A stretch of DNA of 64,000 nucleotides, from contig OZ038378.1 of NCBI GenBank assembly GCA_964036045.1, forward strand, positions 156,736,001-156,800,000, read 5' to 3'. Position numbers and translations under genes: made by a program. The stretch comes from Eutreptiella sp. 'Long Island Sound 2002'. Taxonomy: Eukaryota; Protista; Euglenida. The notes beneath the pieces are model-generated. The model had not been told where the DNA came from. It worked only from the letters and a program-made list of their open reading frames with translations, and did not search any database. Each line of letters begins with the position of its first letter. Positions within the stretch are counted from its first letter, which is position 1. Of this stretch, positions 1-10,940 are shown one piece after another.

Positions 1-32
1 TGGAGCTCGAAAAAACACTCAAGTGAAGAGGT

Positions 33-1504
33 ATGGAGAAGACGCGGGTGACACACTGGACTGCATGGAAAAGGTCCAAGCATACATGGCATCCGGGAAA
101 CAAATCGTGCCAGAATTGTTCTTGGCAACACGTGGACTTCTTCAATGTGGACATTGGTCCGTCGGGCAGGTTCCTCCAAAATGTCTTGCGGAACAGCGGC
201 ATCAAAGCGAAAACACCATGCCATCACCATGCCCAGTTCATTCATAACAAAGTGACACGTTTCATATTTCCTTTCTCTTGGACAACTTGTCCACGATATT
301 GACCGTCCATTTTTACTTTGATCTTTTTCGCAACTTTGTACGTGTGGTCAGCCGACAATTTTGCCGCACCGATTTGCGCGAGGCAATTGTCCCAAAATCC
401 GTTGTTCGATCCGAAGTATCGATACTATACAGGAAACATAACATGTCAATCATCAAATTTGTTCCCGGCGGTGCACCTCAATCATCGTAAGTCATGGGTT
501 CTTGCAACGTGTTCAACACGAATTGGAAATTTATGTTGTACATCGCCGAGATCATGTTTGCTGTTGTCCTTGTGGGCACACCTCGCACTAGGCCTTCAAG
601 AATCATACTAAATAAAGTGACGTCTACGCAACCATTGGGTGTTAGGATGAATGGAAACCCATCCAACACCTCTTGAGGCCATTGATCCTTGATTGAGCAT
701 ACAGTAAACGTCTTGGTAGATGACTGTGTGCTGCATGCAGGATAGCTATAGCGAGGCTGAAGCAAAGCGTAGTTTTCGCACACACAAACACAGAAAATGC
801 CGTGGAGATGGGATGTGCTTTTATATTAATAGATTTGATCGCCATCTGGACCGCATGGGTGGCGGAGGGGATCCCAAACTGTTCCACAAAATCACGTTTG
901 CCGATGTCATGCGATTTGTTAAGTTTGATCTGGAGGCAAATGACCTTTTCCTTCTCGGTCCAGCTCCGTGGTGTTGCCATTGGTGGCACCTGTTCTGCAC
1001 CCCTGGCATGTGCTTATTGCATTCAGCGTGAAAACCTGTATTATCAATATGTTGCCCCCTTCGCCCTTGACCTTGTCAATGCCCTACACCCCCAGCACCT
1101 CCCGGCCCAGCCTGTACGATTTAGAGATAATCTGGAAGGCATAAAGTTTACGAATCAGTCCATTGACACCTTGAAGCAGTGTTTTGAGGGTATGTACAAT
1201 CTCGACCTCCAGATCGCCTAGCGGATAAAAGCCACAAGTTTGTGAAAGAACATCACGGTTGTTTCGCTTCCCGGACAAACACTGTGCGAAAGCTCTTCGT
1301 ACACTCAAATCCTTGGTGCCCTCCAGAGCAAAGTCTGCCATCTACTTCAGGATCACCCCCGACGACCTGTCTGCCAATGTAGGCCTCATTGTGCGTGGAA
1401 TGAATAGAAAAGGCTATGCTTCCTCACATTGGAAGCCACAGCTTTCCTACAGATTGAAGCGCTGGGGTGTTCCTCACCATGTCCTGAAACAGCATGGGCT
1501 GTAA
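33..1504 (+). pseudogene. Degenerate coding region of unknown family (chain of protein-like ORF pieces; likely mobile-element remnant, may extend left of the window)
   Basis: Consecutive + strand ORFs 33-302, 720-1031, 802-1221 and 1259-1504 read as protein-like segments (e.g. YINRFDRHLDRM...KITFADVMRFVKFDLEAN; LYYQYVAPFALDLVNALHP...; FRFPDKHCAKALRTLKSLVP...) joined by frameshifts or stops. No motif recognised. Confidence 0.3.
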
Positions 1505-1941
1505 ATAGCCATTGTCATTGTCCCTGCCTGCACCTTGCTTGCCCTGTGATGGACAGCCTGCTCTGCCCCCGCCCCCCCTACCAGTGACCGTGTATACCTG
1601 CACCCACCCATGTCCCTGCCTTTTGTTTGCCTATTTGTTGAAGTCCGCCGTCACACGTTCCGTGTACGTGCACCAGTGCGTGCTATGCATTTCCTGCGTA
1701 CATACCCCGGTTGTCAGCACCCCTCAGCCTGTGCACATTCAAGCCTGAAATCGGTGCCTGACTCTACGATTTTAGTTTGTCAAGTGTAAGTGCTATTTGC
1801 CCTGGTCACTCTGTGCATTGCCCTCTGCAACTGTCACCTACCGTATGTTTCCCACAGCAAGCTCGGTTGAGCTCAGGCCACCTGTCTTTTGCATGTGCTT
1901 TGTTGCCCTGTGACTGAACTGGTGGAGAAGTTGTGCCTTCG

Positions 1942-2184
1942 TTAACGTGGGAACATAATTTTGACAAGATCTAAGACAGTCCACACTTGCTCCGGGTGCC
2001 ATATGTAGTAAGCAGGTGCTCCACGTGGTCGATTGGTAATTAGCACACCAATCTCACCAATGGTGCGTCCATGCAATTCACGGACAACATCGGAGCATTT
2101 CCCATCGCTGAAGCGTTTGGGATTGGAGTGTGTGCCCAAACATAAGGAACACACCAGTAGCAAAATCAGTAGGCGAATATTCAT
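1942..2184 (-). CDS. Small putative secreted protein, 80 aa (MNIRLLILLLVCSLCLG-THSNPKRFSDGKCSDVVRELHGRTIGEIG...)
   Basis: Internal ATG of ORF 1942-2304. Basic-hydrophobic signal-peptide-like N-terminus. On the - strand the ATG is directly preceded by a pyrimidine tract and acceptor (ttttttactttttctgtcacag|cttggaATG). Confidence 0.45.
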   Translation of the reverse strand: MNIRLLILLLVCSLCLGTHSNPKRFSDGKCSDVVRELHGRTIGEIGVLITNRPRGAPAYYIWHPEQVWTVLDLVKIMFPR

Positions 2185-2266
2185 TCCAAGCTGTGACAGA
2201 AAAAGTAAAAAATCAAAAATGAATTGAAATTGGTCTTGAAATTCAAAATTCGAATTTGTCAGCGAT

Positions 2267-2530
2267 GGTATATACTGTGGTATATAGTGTGGTATTGCAC
2301 ACACTCTTGTTCAGACCCTACCATGAGCAATATTGTTATTGGCTGAGGAGTTGGTGCCTGCATGCTTTGTTGAGCTAGTTATATATTGCGGCGGCGGTGG
2401 TATATATTGTGGTATATACTGCGGTGGCGATGGTATATACTGTGGTATATACTGCGGCGGCGGCTGATATATACCGCGGTACATACTGCGGTATATACTG
2501 GTATACTAGTATATACCGCTCGTATATACC
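2267..2530. repeat. Irregular short-period repeat built on the palindrome GTATATAC (ggtatatactgt/gcggcgg)
   Basis: Many GGTATATACTG-like units at 2267-2297 and 2378-2530. Confidence 0.75.
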
Positions 2531-3469
2531 GGTATTTATGCGAGCGGCAATCATCCCGAAGGGTGTTTTCCTTTGCAGTTGCGCGGGCGACACTTACCTC
2601 CTATTGTATGTTTCTCCCTGCTCTGTTTGAAACTAAACAGCAACTGAAGGGGACAGGCTGAGTGAGTGCCATGCTATGCAGCCCAATCAGTTTGCAAGTA
2701 GTACAATGAATGCAGTCCACACCTTATGGACAACTGCTATTTTATTGATCCTGGTTGTTCTTTAGAGTCGGCAGAAAGGAAAAGCACTCAAGTGACCTGC
2801 AGAGCTAACTGCAAAAAACGCCTCACTGTACTTTACATAGTGGAGCACCCCAACCAAGAAGGGGACACGTGCATTGATTGGACTTCGCAGTACTGCTGGA
2901 CTAATGGCTGGAATTGTCTATGGCGGGGACATTCAGTCTATCGGAACCGACCATTGATCCCCCCTGTACCTGGGTACTGCTTTTTGGGGGGGGGGGGGGG
3001 GGCAGGGTCACTCACTATGTGTCAATCCAGCCCCAGGCCGTGGGCTTTTTTCTCCGGCATGGACCCCCTAACCAATGGCAGGATACTGGGCTCTATCTCT
3101 GGGTACCCCCAGTTGGCCCCTCCATGGCGCTCCACGGGTGAGGAAGTAGCCATGGGGTGGTTGAAAAAATCGCAATTTTCGGGCGACCTCCGACGACCCT
3201 TGGGCCAGCGTTGGGTGATCATTCGGCGACAATGGGAGCACCTACAAACCTTGGGGTGCCAAGTGGCACCAATTAGGCCCTCCTAGTGGTGCTTATCGGC
3301 CCCCAAAAAGCTCCGTTTTGGGTCTGTTTGCACTCGAACATCGCTCGTCTCTCTTTGAGGCGCCTTGCCGAAGGGAATGTAATTTTAAGATTTCAATGTT
3401 GCTCTTGCAAGAGGGGTGGGGTAATGATTGCTATGAGTGTCACTGTTTGGATCCGTTGCTCCAGATCAA

Positions 3470-5578
3470 ATGGCGACAGTTCATCTTGCAATTGGATGCC
3501 TGATGGCATCCCTGATCTTCTGTGCCAGTGTACACGCAGTGGTGTGTGCAATGCTGTTGCACGGCAACAAGATTCTGATGGGCACGTTGTTTGGAATCCA
3601 GAGCCTGGGCTGTGTGGTACTCACTGCGTTCCCTGTTGTGCACTGTCTGATGCATGCACACAGGCCCAGGAGAAGATGGACAGACCCAGAGATCTATCTT
3701 ACTGGAAGATGTTTTTCCCAGCGTCATATCATCCGTACCGACGCCTCTGGTGAAGAATTTGTGCAGCAGGCCCCCGAAACCTCCACTACATCATACGACC
3801 CGACGGGTTGCTGGATGTGGCTCCTGGTTCTATTGGTCGGTGTTGGTGATGTGCTGTGGGCCTTGTGTGGCGTGCGCTCTTGCTGGTTTGTGGTGACACT
3901 AAGTCCGATCCCAGCAGGGGCACGAGCACCGATGGCTGCGCTGGCAGTGGGCGTTATTGTGTCTACTGTGCTGCTCGGCATGGGCCACACAGTGGCCACA
4001 GTCACCTCCCTGGGTCCACAGGTGCTCGTGGAGGTGGGGTGCGTTCCGTTGCCTTGCCTTTTGCTGTTGGCCCAGCTTGCATCTCGTGGGGCAGCACCGC
4101 CGTCGCCAGGCTCCCCGCGATGCAGTCCCTCTCCGTCCGCTTCAGGCAGTGCCCCGCCGTCCCCAAAAGGCCGTCGCCTGGAAGAAGTAAACACGCACGT
4201 GGATGACGTTGGCACGTCTCCTGCACGCTCCTGCGACTGCGACATTCCGAGCAGCAAGCGTACGTCCGACTTCCGTATGCTACGCAAAACCCGGGTGCGG
4301 CAGTCGGCGCACAAGCCACTGCGGTACAGCGTGGCTTCGCAGATTGCCTCAGGAGGGTTTTCGGACGTGTTCCTGGGCCTCAGCCATGACACCGGAGACC
4401 TGATCTGCCTCAAGCAACTGAAAGTCGGATTCGCAGAGTCCGACATGGCATCCATGGAGGCCGAGGTCAGCCTTTTGAAGCAGTTGGCCCATCCCAACAT
4501 CGTGCAGTATTTCGGGACAGACCGACGAGGAGAGCGCTTCACGATCCTCTTGGAGTACGTGCCCGGGGGATCGATCGAGACAGTACTGTCGGAGTTCGGC
4601 GCCCTTGAGGAGGAGGTGGTGCGGCTGTACATGCGACAAGCCGTTTGCGGGCTGGAGTACCTCCATCTCCAGGGCTTTGTACACGGCGACATAAAAGGGG
4701 CCAACATCCTGGTCTCTGACAAGGGAGAGGTGCGGTTGTCCGACTTCGGATGCTCGTACAGCTCTCGCGCTTCCCAGGGCGACTGCCTCGCCATGGGCAC
4801 TGTGCTGTGGATGGCCCCGGAGAAGTGTCGGCAGGAGCGTTCCAACTCCGCATGTGACGTCTGGAGTCTTGGCTGCACCATTTTGCAGATGGCCACCAAC
4901 CAGGAGCCGTGGAGCGAGAGACGATTCGAGCACATCATCTCGGGCTTTTACCACATCGCCACCTGCCAGGAGCCTCCACAAGTGCCCAGCACCATCTGCG
5001 GCCCCATGCGGCACGTGGTGCTGCAGTGCCTCCAGCTGGAGCCATTGCGCCGCCCCTCGTGCACTGACCTGCTGGCAACGGTTTGGCTGGCTACAAATGT
5101 CGATGGGATGGACGGACTGGCGTCCTTGCCCACCCCTGAGACCAGCCCACGGTGGTCGCGCCTGCAGCTAAAGGAACAACCCAAACATCAGAAAGTCAGT
5201 AGTTTCCGAAGTGATTCGTCTGGCAGCCTCCAAAAGCAGTTTTCGGACGTGCCCGGGCAGGTCCCCTCCACCTCATCATTACTTCCAGTAACAACAGCTC
5301 CCATTTTGGAGACGTCCAGTGCGTTTTTTTCAAGCGCATCAATGTCGAGCAACGAGCCAGGGGAATCGCGGGCGCTGCCCTGTGTTGTGCCGGAGAGCGA
5401 AAGCGTCAGTGTGGACGACTTGCGTGGGAGCCTAACGGGCGCCATGTATGGGGACGTGCAGCACACGTTCCGTGGGGATTGCGGTCTGCGGGATGGCATC
5501 TCCTCAAGTCGTTCTGGCAAACTTCCAGGCCCACCCAGCGTCGCCAAGTCCAATCCCTGTTGGCACCCCCGGCCCTAA
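3470..5578 (+). CDS. STE11/MAPKKK (MEKK/NPK1-like) Ser/Thr kinase with N-terminal multi-pass hydrophobic region, intronless, ~702 aa
   Basis: Kinase domain ~4325-5090: IASGGFSDV (G-loop), ICLK, HPNIVQY, LEYVPGGSI, HGDIKGANIL, DFG, GTVLWMAPE, DVWSLGCT. About 5-6 hydrophobic segments upstream. First in-frame ATG at 3470 follows ctccag (possible acceptor); the track start at 3437 is a GTG right after a TGA. Confidence 0.9.
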   Translation: MATVHLAIGCLMASLIFCASVHAVVCAMLLHGNKILMGTLFGIQSLGCVVLTAFPVVHCLMHAHRPRRRWTDPEIYLTGRCFSQRHIIRTDASGEEFVQQAPETSTTSYDPTGCWMWLLVLLVGVGDVLWALCGVRSCWFVVTLSPIPAGARAPMAALAVGVIVSTVLLGMGHTVATVTSLGPQVLVEVGCVPLPCLLLLAQLASRGAAPPSPGSPRCSPSPSASGSAPPSPKGRRLEEVNTHVDDVGTSPARSCDCDIPSSKRTSDFRMLRKTRVRQSAHKPLRYSVASQIASGGFSDVFLGLSHDTGDLICLKQLKVGFAESDMASMEAEVSLLKQLAHPNIVQYFGTDRRGERFTILLEYVPGGSIETVLSEFGALEEEVVRLYMRQAVCGLEYLHLQGFVHGDIKGANILVSDKGEVRLSDFGCSYSSRASQGDCLAMGTVLWMAPEKCRQERSNSACDVWSLGCTILQMATNQEPWSERRFEHIISGFYHIATCQEPPQVPSTICGPMRHVVLQCLQLEPLRRPSCTDLLATVWLATNVDGMDGLASLPTPETSPRWSRLQLKEQPKHQKVSSFRSDSSGSLQKQFSDVPGQVPSTSSLLPVTTAPILETSSAFFSSASMSSNEPGESRALPCVVPESESVSVDDLRGSLTGAMYGDVQHTFRGDCGLRDGISSSRSGKLPGPPSVAKSNPCWHPRP

Positions 5579-6108
5579 AGCCACCAATGGGGTCCCTTGC
5601 ACATGTGCTGCGTGGCGGTCCGTCGGCCCTCAGCCTCTCTGGAAGCAGCCACGCGTCCGTTCCATTGAACCGCAACATATCATCAGATGAAATGTTCTCA
5701 TGTTCAAGGTGGCGGGAGTCCTTTCCCTCTTCGCAGAGTCATGGTCCAGTCAAGTCCGCCGGCCCGGCCTCTGAGGAGGTATTTCCCACCTCACGAACTT
5801 ACTGTCTGCGGGATGGCAAACTTCCAGGCCCACCCAGCGTCGCCAAGTGCGGCCAATCCCTGTTGGCACCTCCGGCCGTAAAGCCACCAATGGGGTCCCT
5901 TGCACATGTGCTGCATGGCGGTCCGTCGGCCCTCAGCCTCTCTGGAAGCAGCCACGCGTCCGTTCCATTGAACCGCAACATATCATCAGATGAAATGTTC
6001 TCATGTTCAAGGTGGCGGGAGTCCTTTCCCTCTTCGCAGAGTCATGGTCCAGTCAAGTCCGCCGGCCCGGCCTCTGAGGAGGTATTTCCCACCTCACGAA
6101 CTTACTGT
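5486..6108 (+). repeat. Tandem duplication (320 bp + 303 bp) in the kinase 3' region
   Basis: Copy 1 is 5486-5805, copy 2 is 5806-6108. They are near-identical except that copy 1 lacks 4 nt (aagt[gcgg]ccaatc) and copy 2 lacks 21 nt. Confidence 0.95.
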
Positions 6109-6240
6109 GCGCCGGTACGCCGCCGCAGTTGGAAGGCCCAGTTCGCTCAGCAGCTGGAGTTCCTGGAAAGCATTGCATTCACTGAAGATCGTGTACGCTC
6201 TCTTCGTGAGGGGAGGGCCAGTCTTAAGGATACTGAATGA
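5549..6240 (+). other. Out-of-frame ancestral C-terminal tail of the kinase (ends ...QQLEFLESIAFTEDRVRSLREGRASLKDTE*)
   Basis: Restoring the 4 nt seen in copy 2 moves the kinase frame into ORF 5479-6240 (GKLPGPPSVAK-CGQSLLAPP...). Confidence 0.7.
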
Positions 6241-6646
6241 TTCTGGTCTTGCACCCAAATGTAACAGGTACCAAAAGACCCGACGACTCACCTTCGCAGC
6301 TTCTCAGGTTCCGTATACTGAGAAAAAAAAGATGATTAATGATTGCTCAGCTCTCGTGATGATTTTAAGGTTGGATTCCCTTTCTGATTCCCTTTCTGAA
6401 GCCTTTGCGGCTTCTACTCTGAAAAGTGCTAATTGGAGACCTTCATCGCATGTTGCTTTGAATGGGCTAGGTATCTTGTGCCTAGGGATGTGTTACCGCC
6501 GTTTCGGAATATTGTTGTGTTCACCAAATGGCGTGTCCAACGAACACTCCTGTTCAGATCGTATCTTTTGACGACAAGATTGTTCATATGCCTGTGACAC
6601 GGGGGTAAATGTGAGCTCTGTATCTGTTGCTTTATGGCCCTTTCCG

Positions 6647-6705
6647 TCCTCCCTCCCTCCCTCCCTCCCTCCCTCCCTCCCTCCCTCCCTCCCTCCCTCC
6701 CTCCC
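6647..6705. repeat. (CCCT)n microsatellite
   Basis: About 14 CCCT units read directly. Confidence 0.95.
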
Positions 6706-6991
6706 AACCCCCCTTGATCAGTACCCACCCAGTGTCGCACCCAGGGACTGGGGGAAGACGTTTGTCACTTTGAGTTTTCCAATTTTAATTAGATGGTTGG
6801 ATATTGGGCTTCTCCTGTGTGTCTATTGTTTGGACAAGGCAGTATTATTGGTGTATTGGTGTGTAATTAATATTTCGTGCATCCAAGTCACTGCACATAC
6901 CCTTTTGCAATTTCAGCAATGAATGTCGATCACATTGTCACAAGTGTTGCCAATTTGCTAATTTCCAACGTTCAGGGGGCAGTGTTGTGCT

Positions 6992-7096
6992 TGTCCCCTG
7001 TGCATGAGCGCACTGGGGCCTTATTGAATTCCTGTCCCCTGTGCATGAGCGCACTGGGGCCTCATTGGATTCCTGGCCCCTGTGCATGAGCGCACT
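6992..7096. repeat. 41-bp minisatellite, ~2.6 copies (tgtcccctgtgcatgagcgcactggggcc...)
   Basis: Units start at 6992, 7033 and 7074. Confidence 0.9.
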
Positions 7097-7971
7097 CAAG
7101 AATCTGGCCCCTCAGCGTGGTGCTGGCTAACAGCTCATCACATATGAGTGCTCTGGTACTGTAGTGATCCCTCCGTGCTTTGAGGCATCGATCAATGCTG
7201 GGGCCCGATGGAATAAACCGTACATGGTCTCGGCATACATTTTGGCTCGGCATACATTCGGCCCGCCTGCCGGCCGGCCGAATGTGCGGCCGTTCCCCTT
7301 TTCTATTGCCTCCCCCACAGGGGCGGAATGCCACTCCCCAGCCCGCCGTAACCCTGCATGTGTTCTTGCTTCCTTCTTAGGGCTCTCCTGTTTGTCACCG
7401 ACCACTCCCCCTAAACTGGAATGGGGACAGCAGTGTTCTCTGCCCCAAGCGAATAGTGGTCAACTGTACCCACCCCGCTTTGCATATCATTTGCGCTTGC
7501 ATAGTTCAGCTGCTTGCTGAGAGCGGTCATGCCCCCCCCTCAGAGAGAAACGCTACACTGCAGGATGTGCCGCGTGCTATTCTGTTGTTACATGTTGAAC
7601 GTTCCACAGTAGCAGGGACGTGAGGACGAAAATGGTCAACTTATCAACCTCCTTATCAAAGCATTGTGGATTTCGCCGCCCACACCTCTTCTCAGGGGAG
7701 CGCCACAGGAAGCAGAAAAGACAAGAGCTGTTGATGTACCTGCCAATGTTTTCCCGTTCTTCTCCCTTGGCCCCTCAGTCTTTGGTCTGAATGGCTGACC
7801 GAAGAGTGCCTAGCAATGCAGGTCACCAAGTTGTACCGGCCCAGCAATGCCATGTTTTGCATTGCCAGAATTGATTTTTTCCTTCCGATTTTTTGTGTTT
7901 TTGCGTGCACAATAGCTAAAACTGAATGCATCCCATGTGGGTCAACACCCACCCACAAGCGATCAGCCCCA

Positions 7972-8241
7972 CGGGATGGATTCTCATCGCCTTGCTCAAG
8001 ACTACACAACTGCGGCACTACATAAACAGGGGCGACAGGCCCCAGCCACACATGCCAACTTGTCCATACGCCCTGACACGCATGCCGAGCCACACAGAAA
8101 CCAGGCCGCCCGGCTTCAGTCTGTGTTCATCGGACAGAGCTGCATTGCTGTGTACTTCAGATGTTTTGCATCCAAGGCACTCCACTGTACCCTGTATCAT
8201 GCAGAACACTTTAGTGCGAACAATGCTGTGGAGAGAAAGAG
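7972..8241 (+). repeat. Left arm of a 270-bp inverted repeat (partner 10392-10661)
   Basis: ORF 7926-8270(+) and ORF 10267-10674(-) share the identical translation GWILIALLKTTQ...MLWRER. Confidence 0.95.
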
Positions 8242-8559
8242 AGAGAGAGAGAGAGTGTGTGTGTGTGTGACGCCCAATCATTTCAACAATCTCAAAGCGT
8301 TTGCTATCATACAACACCTCTCTACAGCAAGAGAGAGAGCTTGCGTGGACAACAACACCATATTATAGAGGAAGGCCTGCATGGGTCTCCGGGTCAGCTG
8401 TCATAGCGAGGGCTCTTCCTGCGTCACTCTCCCTTGCAAAGGGCGAGCTACCGGCGCCCTCCCGCAGTTGGACCCTCACCTAGGCCAGAGAGTGTGTGTG
8501 TGTGAACACTTTTTGGCCCCCCGTAATAGGAGGCAGGAGCGTAACCGTGCCTGAGCATC

Positions 8560-9650
8560 ATGGTACCCTCCCCCCTCTTATGCAACGACTGGCAATGCTC
8601 CTCCCCAAAATGGATTCCCGCATCTGTTCTTCTGCCTTTCCTTGTCCTAAGCGGAGTGAGCAGAGGGCGCAGGGGAGGGCCCAGCCAGCAGAGCAGGGGG
8701 CAGGCAACGCTGGTTTTGAATCAACACATCCCCACCAACAGTGTCACAGCTGCGGGTTCACCGTGGCAACGTCTGTTTGCCATCCCGATGGGAGGATCTT
8801 TCAGCGCACAAGCCGCAGATCTATATTGCATATGGGCTTTTCATTTACTGAAGGCACGTTCACGACAATGGGGTAAACTATCTACCTCTCCGGAGGGCTA
8901 CCCTGTGTGGACATCCAGTACAGGTCGCATCATGGCATTAGCACAATTCCGTGACAATATACTCATAGCATCGGCAGGACCCCGCGCTACATCCGTTGTG
9001 CGCGACGTATGCAACACTCTCACCAACGCATGGAACTACAACATACGGAGTACGCGCAACAACGCGCGTCAAAGCCCTGTGGGCCGCGCGGAGGGTGACT
9101 GCAGGGGAATGGCCACACAGGAGCCCCATGTTGATCCATGCGGCGCAACTCAAAAGCAGTGCACCCCAGGAGTGTATAAAAGGTAAAGCGTTAACCAGGA
9201 CATTGGTATACAGGTTTGCTAGGGCAACATCCTGCACTGCCCAGGCAGATTGCAAAGAGGGTCCTAGTTTCAAATCCCATGGTCAGTGAACGCAGACGGG
9301 TGTGCGATGCATGTACCTATCCCATTTGCCCGGTGCATGCATACTCCGAGGGCACGGAGGTCGGGCGTCATGCAGGCTGCAGTACACTGGTCACCAGGAT
9401 TTTGTATACATGGGCACAGGACCGGCAAGACTCCAGTCGCAAGTGCATTGCATATATTATGCCTCAGATGCCGACCAACAAAGCCACTGTCGCACGTCTG
9501 GTATGTACGTGGCTGCAACGGTCCGCTTTTTGGGATGACTATAAATATGCTTCCTTTCACGCAGACCATCCTGGTGCACATACTGAGTGGTGCGGTGACT
9601 GGAGCACTGATTGGATCGCTTTACAGAGGATAGCAAACCTCCCACCTTCC
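8560..9650 (+). pseudogene. Reverse-transcriptase fragment, Penelope-like (degenerate)
   Basis: AIPMGGSFSAQAADLYC resembles RT motif 4 (GxPMGSxxS). AQFRDNILI sits at the YxDD position (8944-8958). Downstream sequence is frameshifted. Confidence 0.55.
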
Positions 9651-10118
9651 GGTGGGGGGTGAGGGTGAGGGGTGGCTCCAGTCTGAACCATGTCTGTATA
9701 CTTTCTTGTGTATGTAGTAGCTGCAGTTGACATTGATGTTGCCTCCTTCCTACCGCAAATGGTCAACTTTCTCCACAACTCTCACAGACCTTTTGCGAAA
9801 GGTGCCTAGGGCCGGTTTCGGCTCTTGACAAGCTTTTCTCCTCTTCTTGTGGCCTGCATGTGCTGATTTGTTGCTGACGTCGCCTCAACCAACAACACAC
9901 ACATGACAGCTCACACGTCACCATACGGGGGGGGGGGGGGTTATACAGGTTACAATTTCTGTGTCACACATTTCATGCGAATGTTTGTACCCAATTTGTA
10001 TTTGAATGTCATCCCCCTCTCCCTCCCTGTCGCTGATAGTGTATGAAATGCAACCCGCTGATTCGTCTCACCCTTCAATCTTCACACCGCTGTCTTTTTC
10101 AGCCTACCCCCCCCCCCC

Positions 10119-10192
10119 CCTTGCGCATGCACGGCCTTGTCTAAGCACGGGGTGGGCGTTGGACCGCCGTTTGGAGGAAATTTTGGGACCGC
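10119..10192. repeat. ~75-bp repeat next to a C-run; inverted copy at 13885-13956
   Basis: ttgcgcatgcacggccttgtctaagcacggggtgggc...gggaccgc matches the reverse complement of gcggtccc...gcccaccccgtgcttagacaaggctgtgcatgcg. Confidence 0.8.
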
Positions 10193-10391
10193 TGTTTTTG
10201 TGGTCCAGAATGGAGGATTGGGTGTTTGTAGAGCGTTCGTACAAGGAAAGAGGGGCTCATTCATGTCTATGATGGTGCATTCTGTTCATAACAACATTGT
10301 ACTACACATTGGAACCCCATGCTGCTTGTTCTGATGTGATTTTCAGCCCTGGCTAACAATGTTATTCCCGGTCTGGCTGTCACATGTGTCA

Positions 10392-10661
10392 CTCTTTCTC
10401 TCCACAGCATTGTTCGCACTAAAGTGTTCTGCATGATACAGGGTACAGTGGAGTGCCTTGGATGCAAAACATCTGAAGTACACAGCAATGCAGCTCTGTC
10501 CGATGAACACAGACTGAAGCCGGGCGGCCTGGTTTCTGTGTGGCTCGGCATGCGTGTCAGGGCGTATGGACAAGTTGGCATGTGTGGCTGGGGCCTGTCG
10601 CCCCTGTTTATGTAGTGCCGCAGTTGTGTAGTCTTGAGCAAGGCGATGAGAATCCATCCCG
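10392..10661 (-). repeat. Right arm of the 270-bp inverted repeat (partner 7972-8241)
   Basis: Reverse complement of 7972-8241. Confidence 0.95.
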
Positions 10662-10940
10662 GCCACCAAGACATTGTATCAATGTCGGGGAACCTCTATC
10701 AATGCACCATGCTGCTGGCGGCAAGGGATGACCGTCACGATTGATTGTTGCATCCAATGCGCGAACAATGCAGGGCCAGTGGGTACTGTCTCAAAATTAT
10801 GCAATTGCATTCAGATGCAAGGCATTGTGTTTTGCCAGCGAGTGACGGTTTGGTGTGGGATGTCCAGTTGAGGGTTTGGTGCGAGAGGTCCGGTGCTCTG
10901 TGTTGCCACAGGGTGTCAAACATCACTTGCGTGTGGTAGG

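Noticed and set aside
3437-3469. GTG start of the kinase from the ORF track
   Set aside because: Eukaryotic context; directly follows a TGA. The ATG at 3470 after an AG is preferred.
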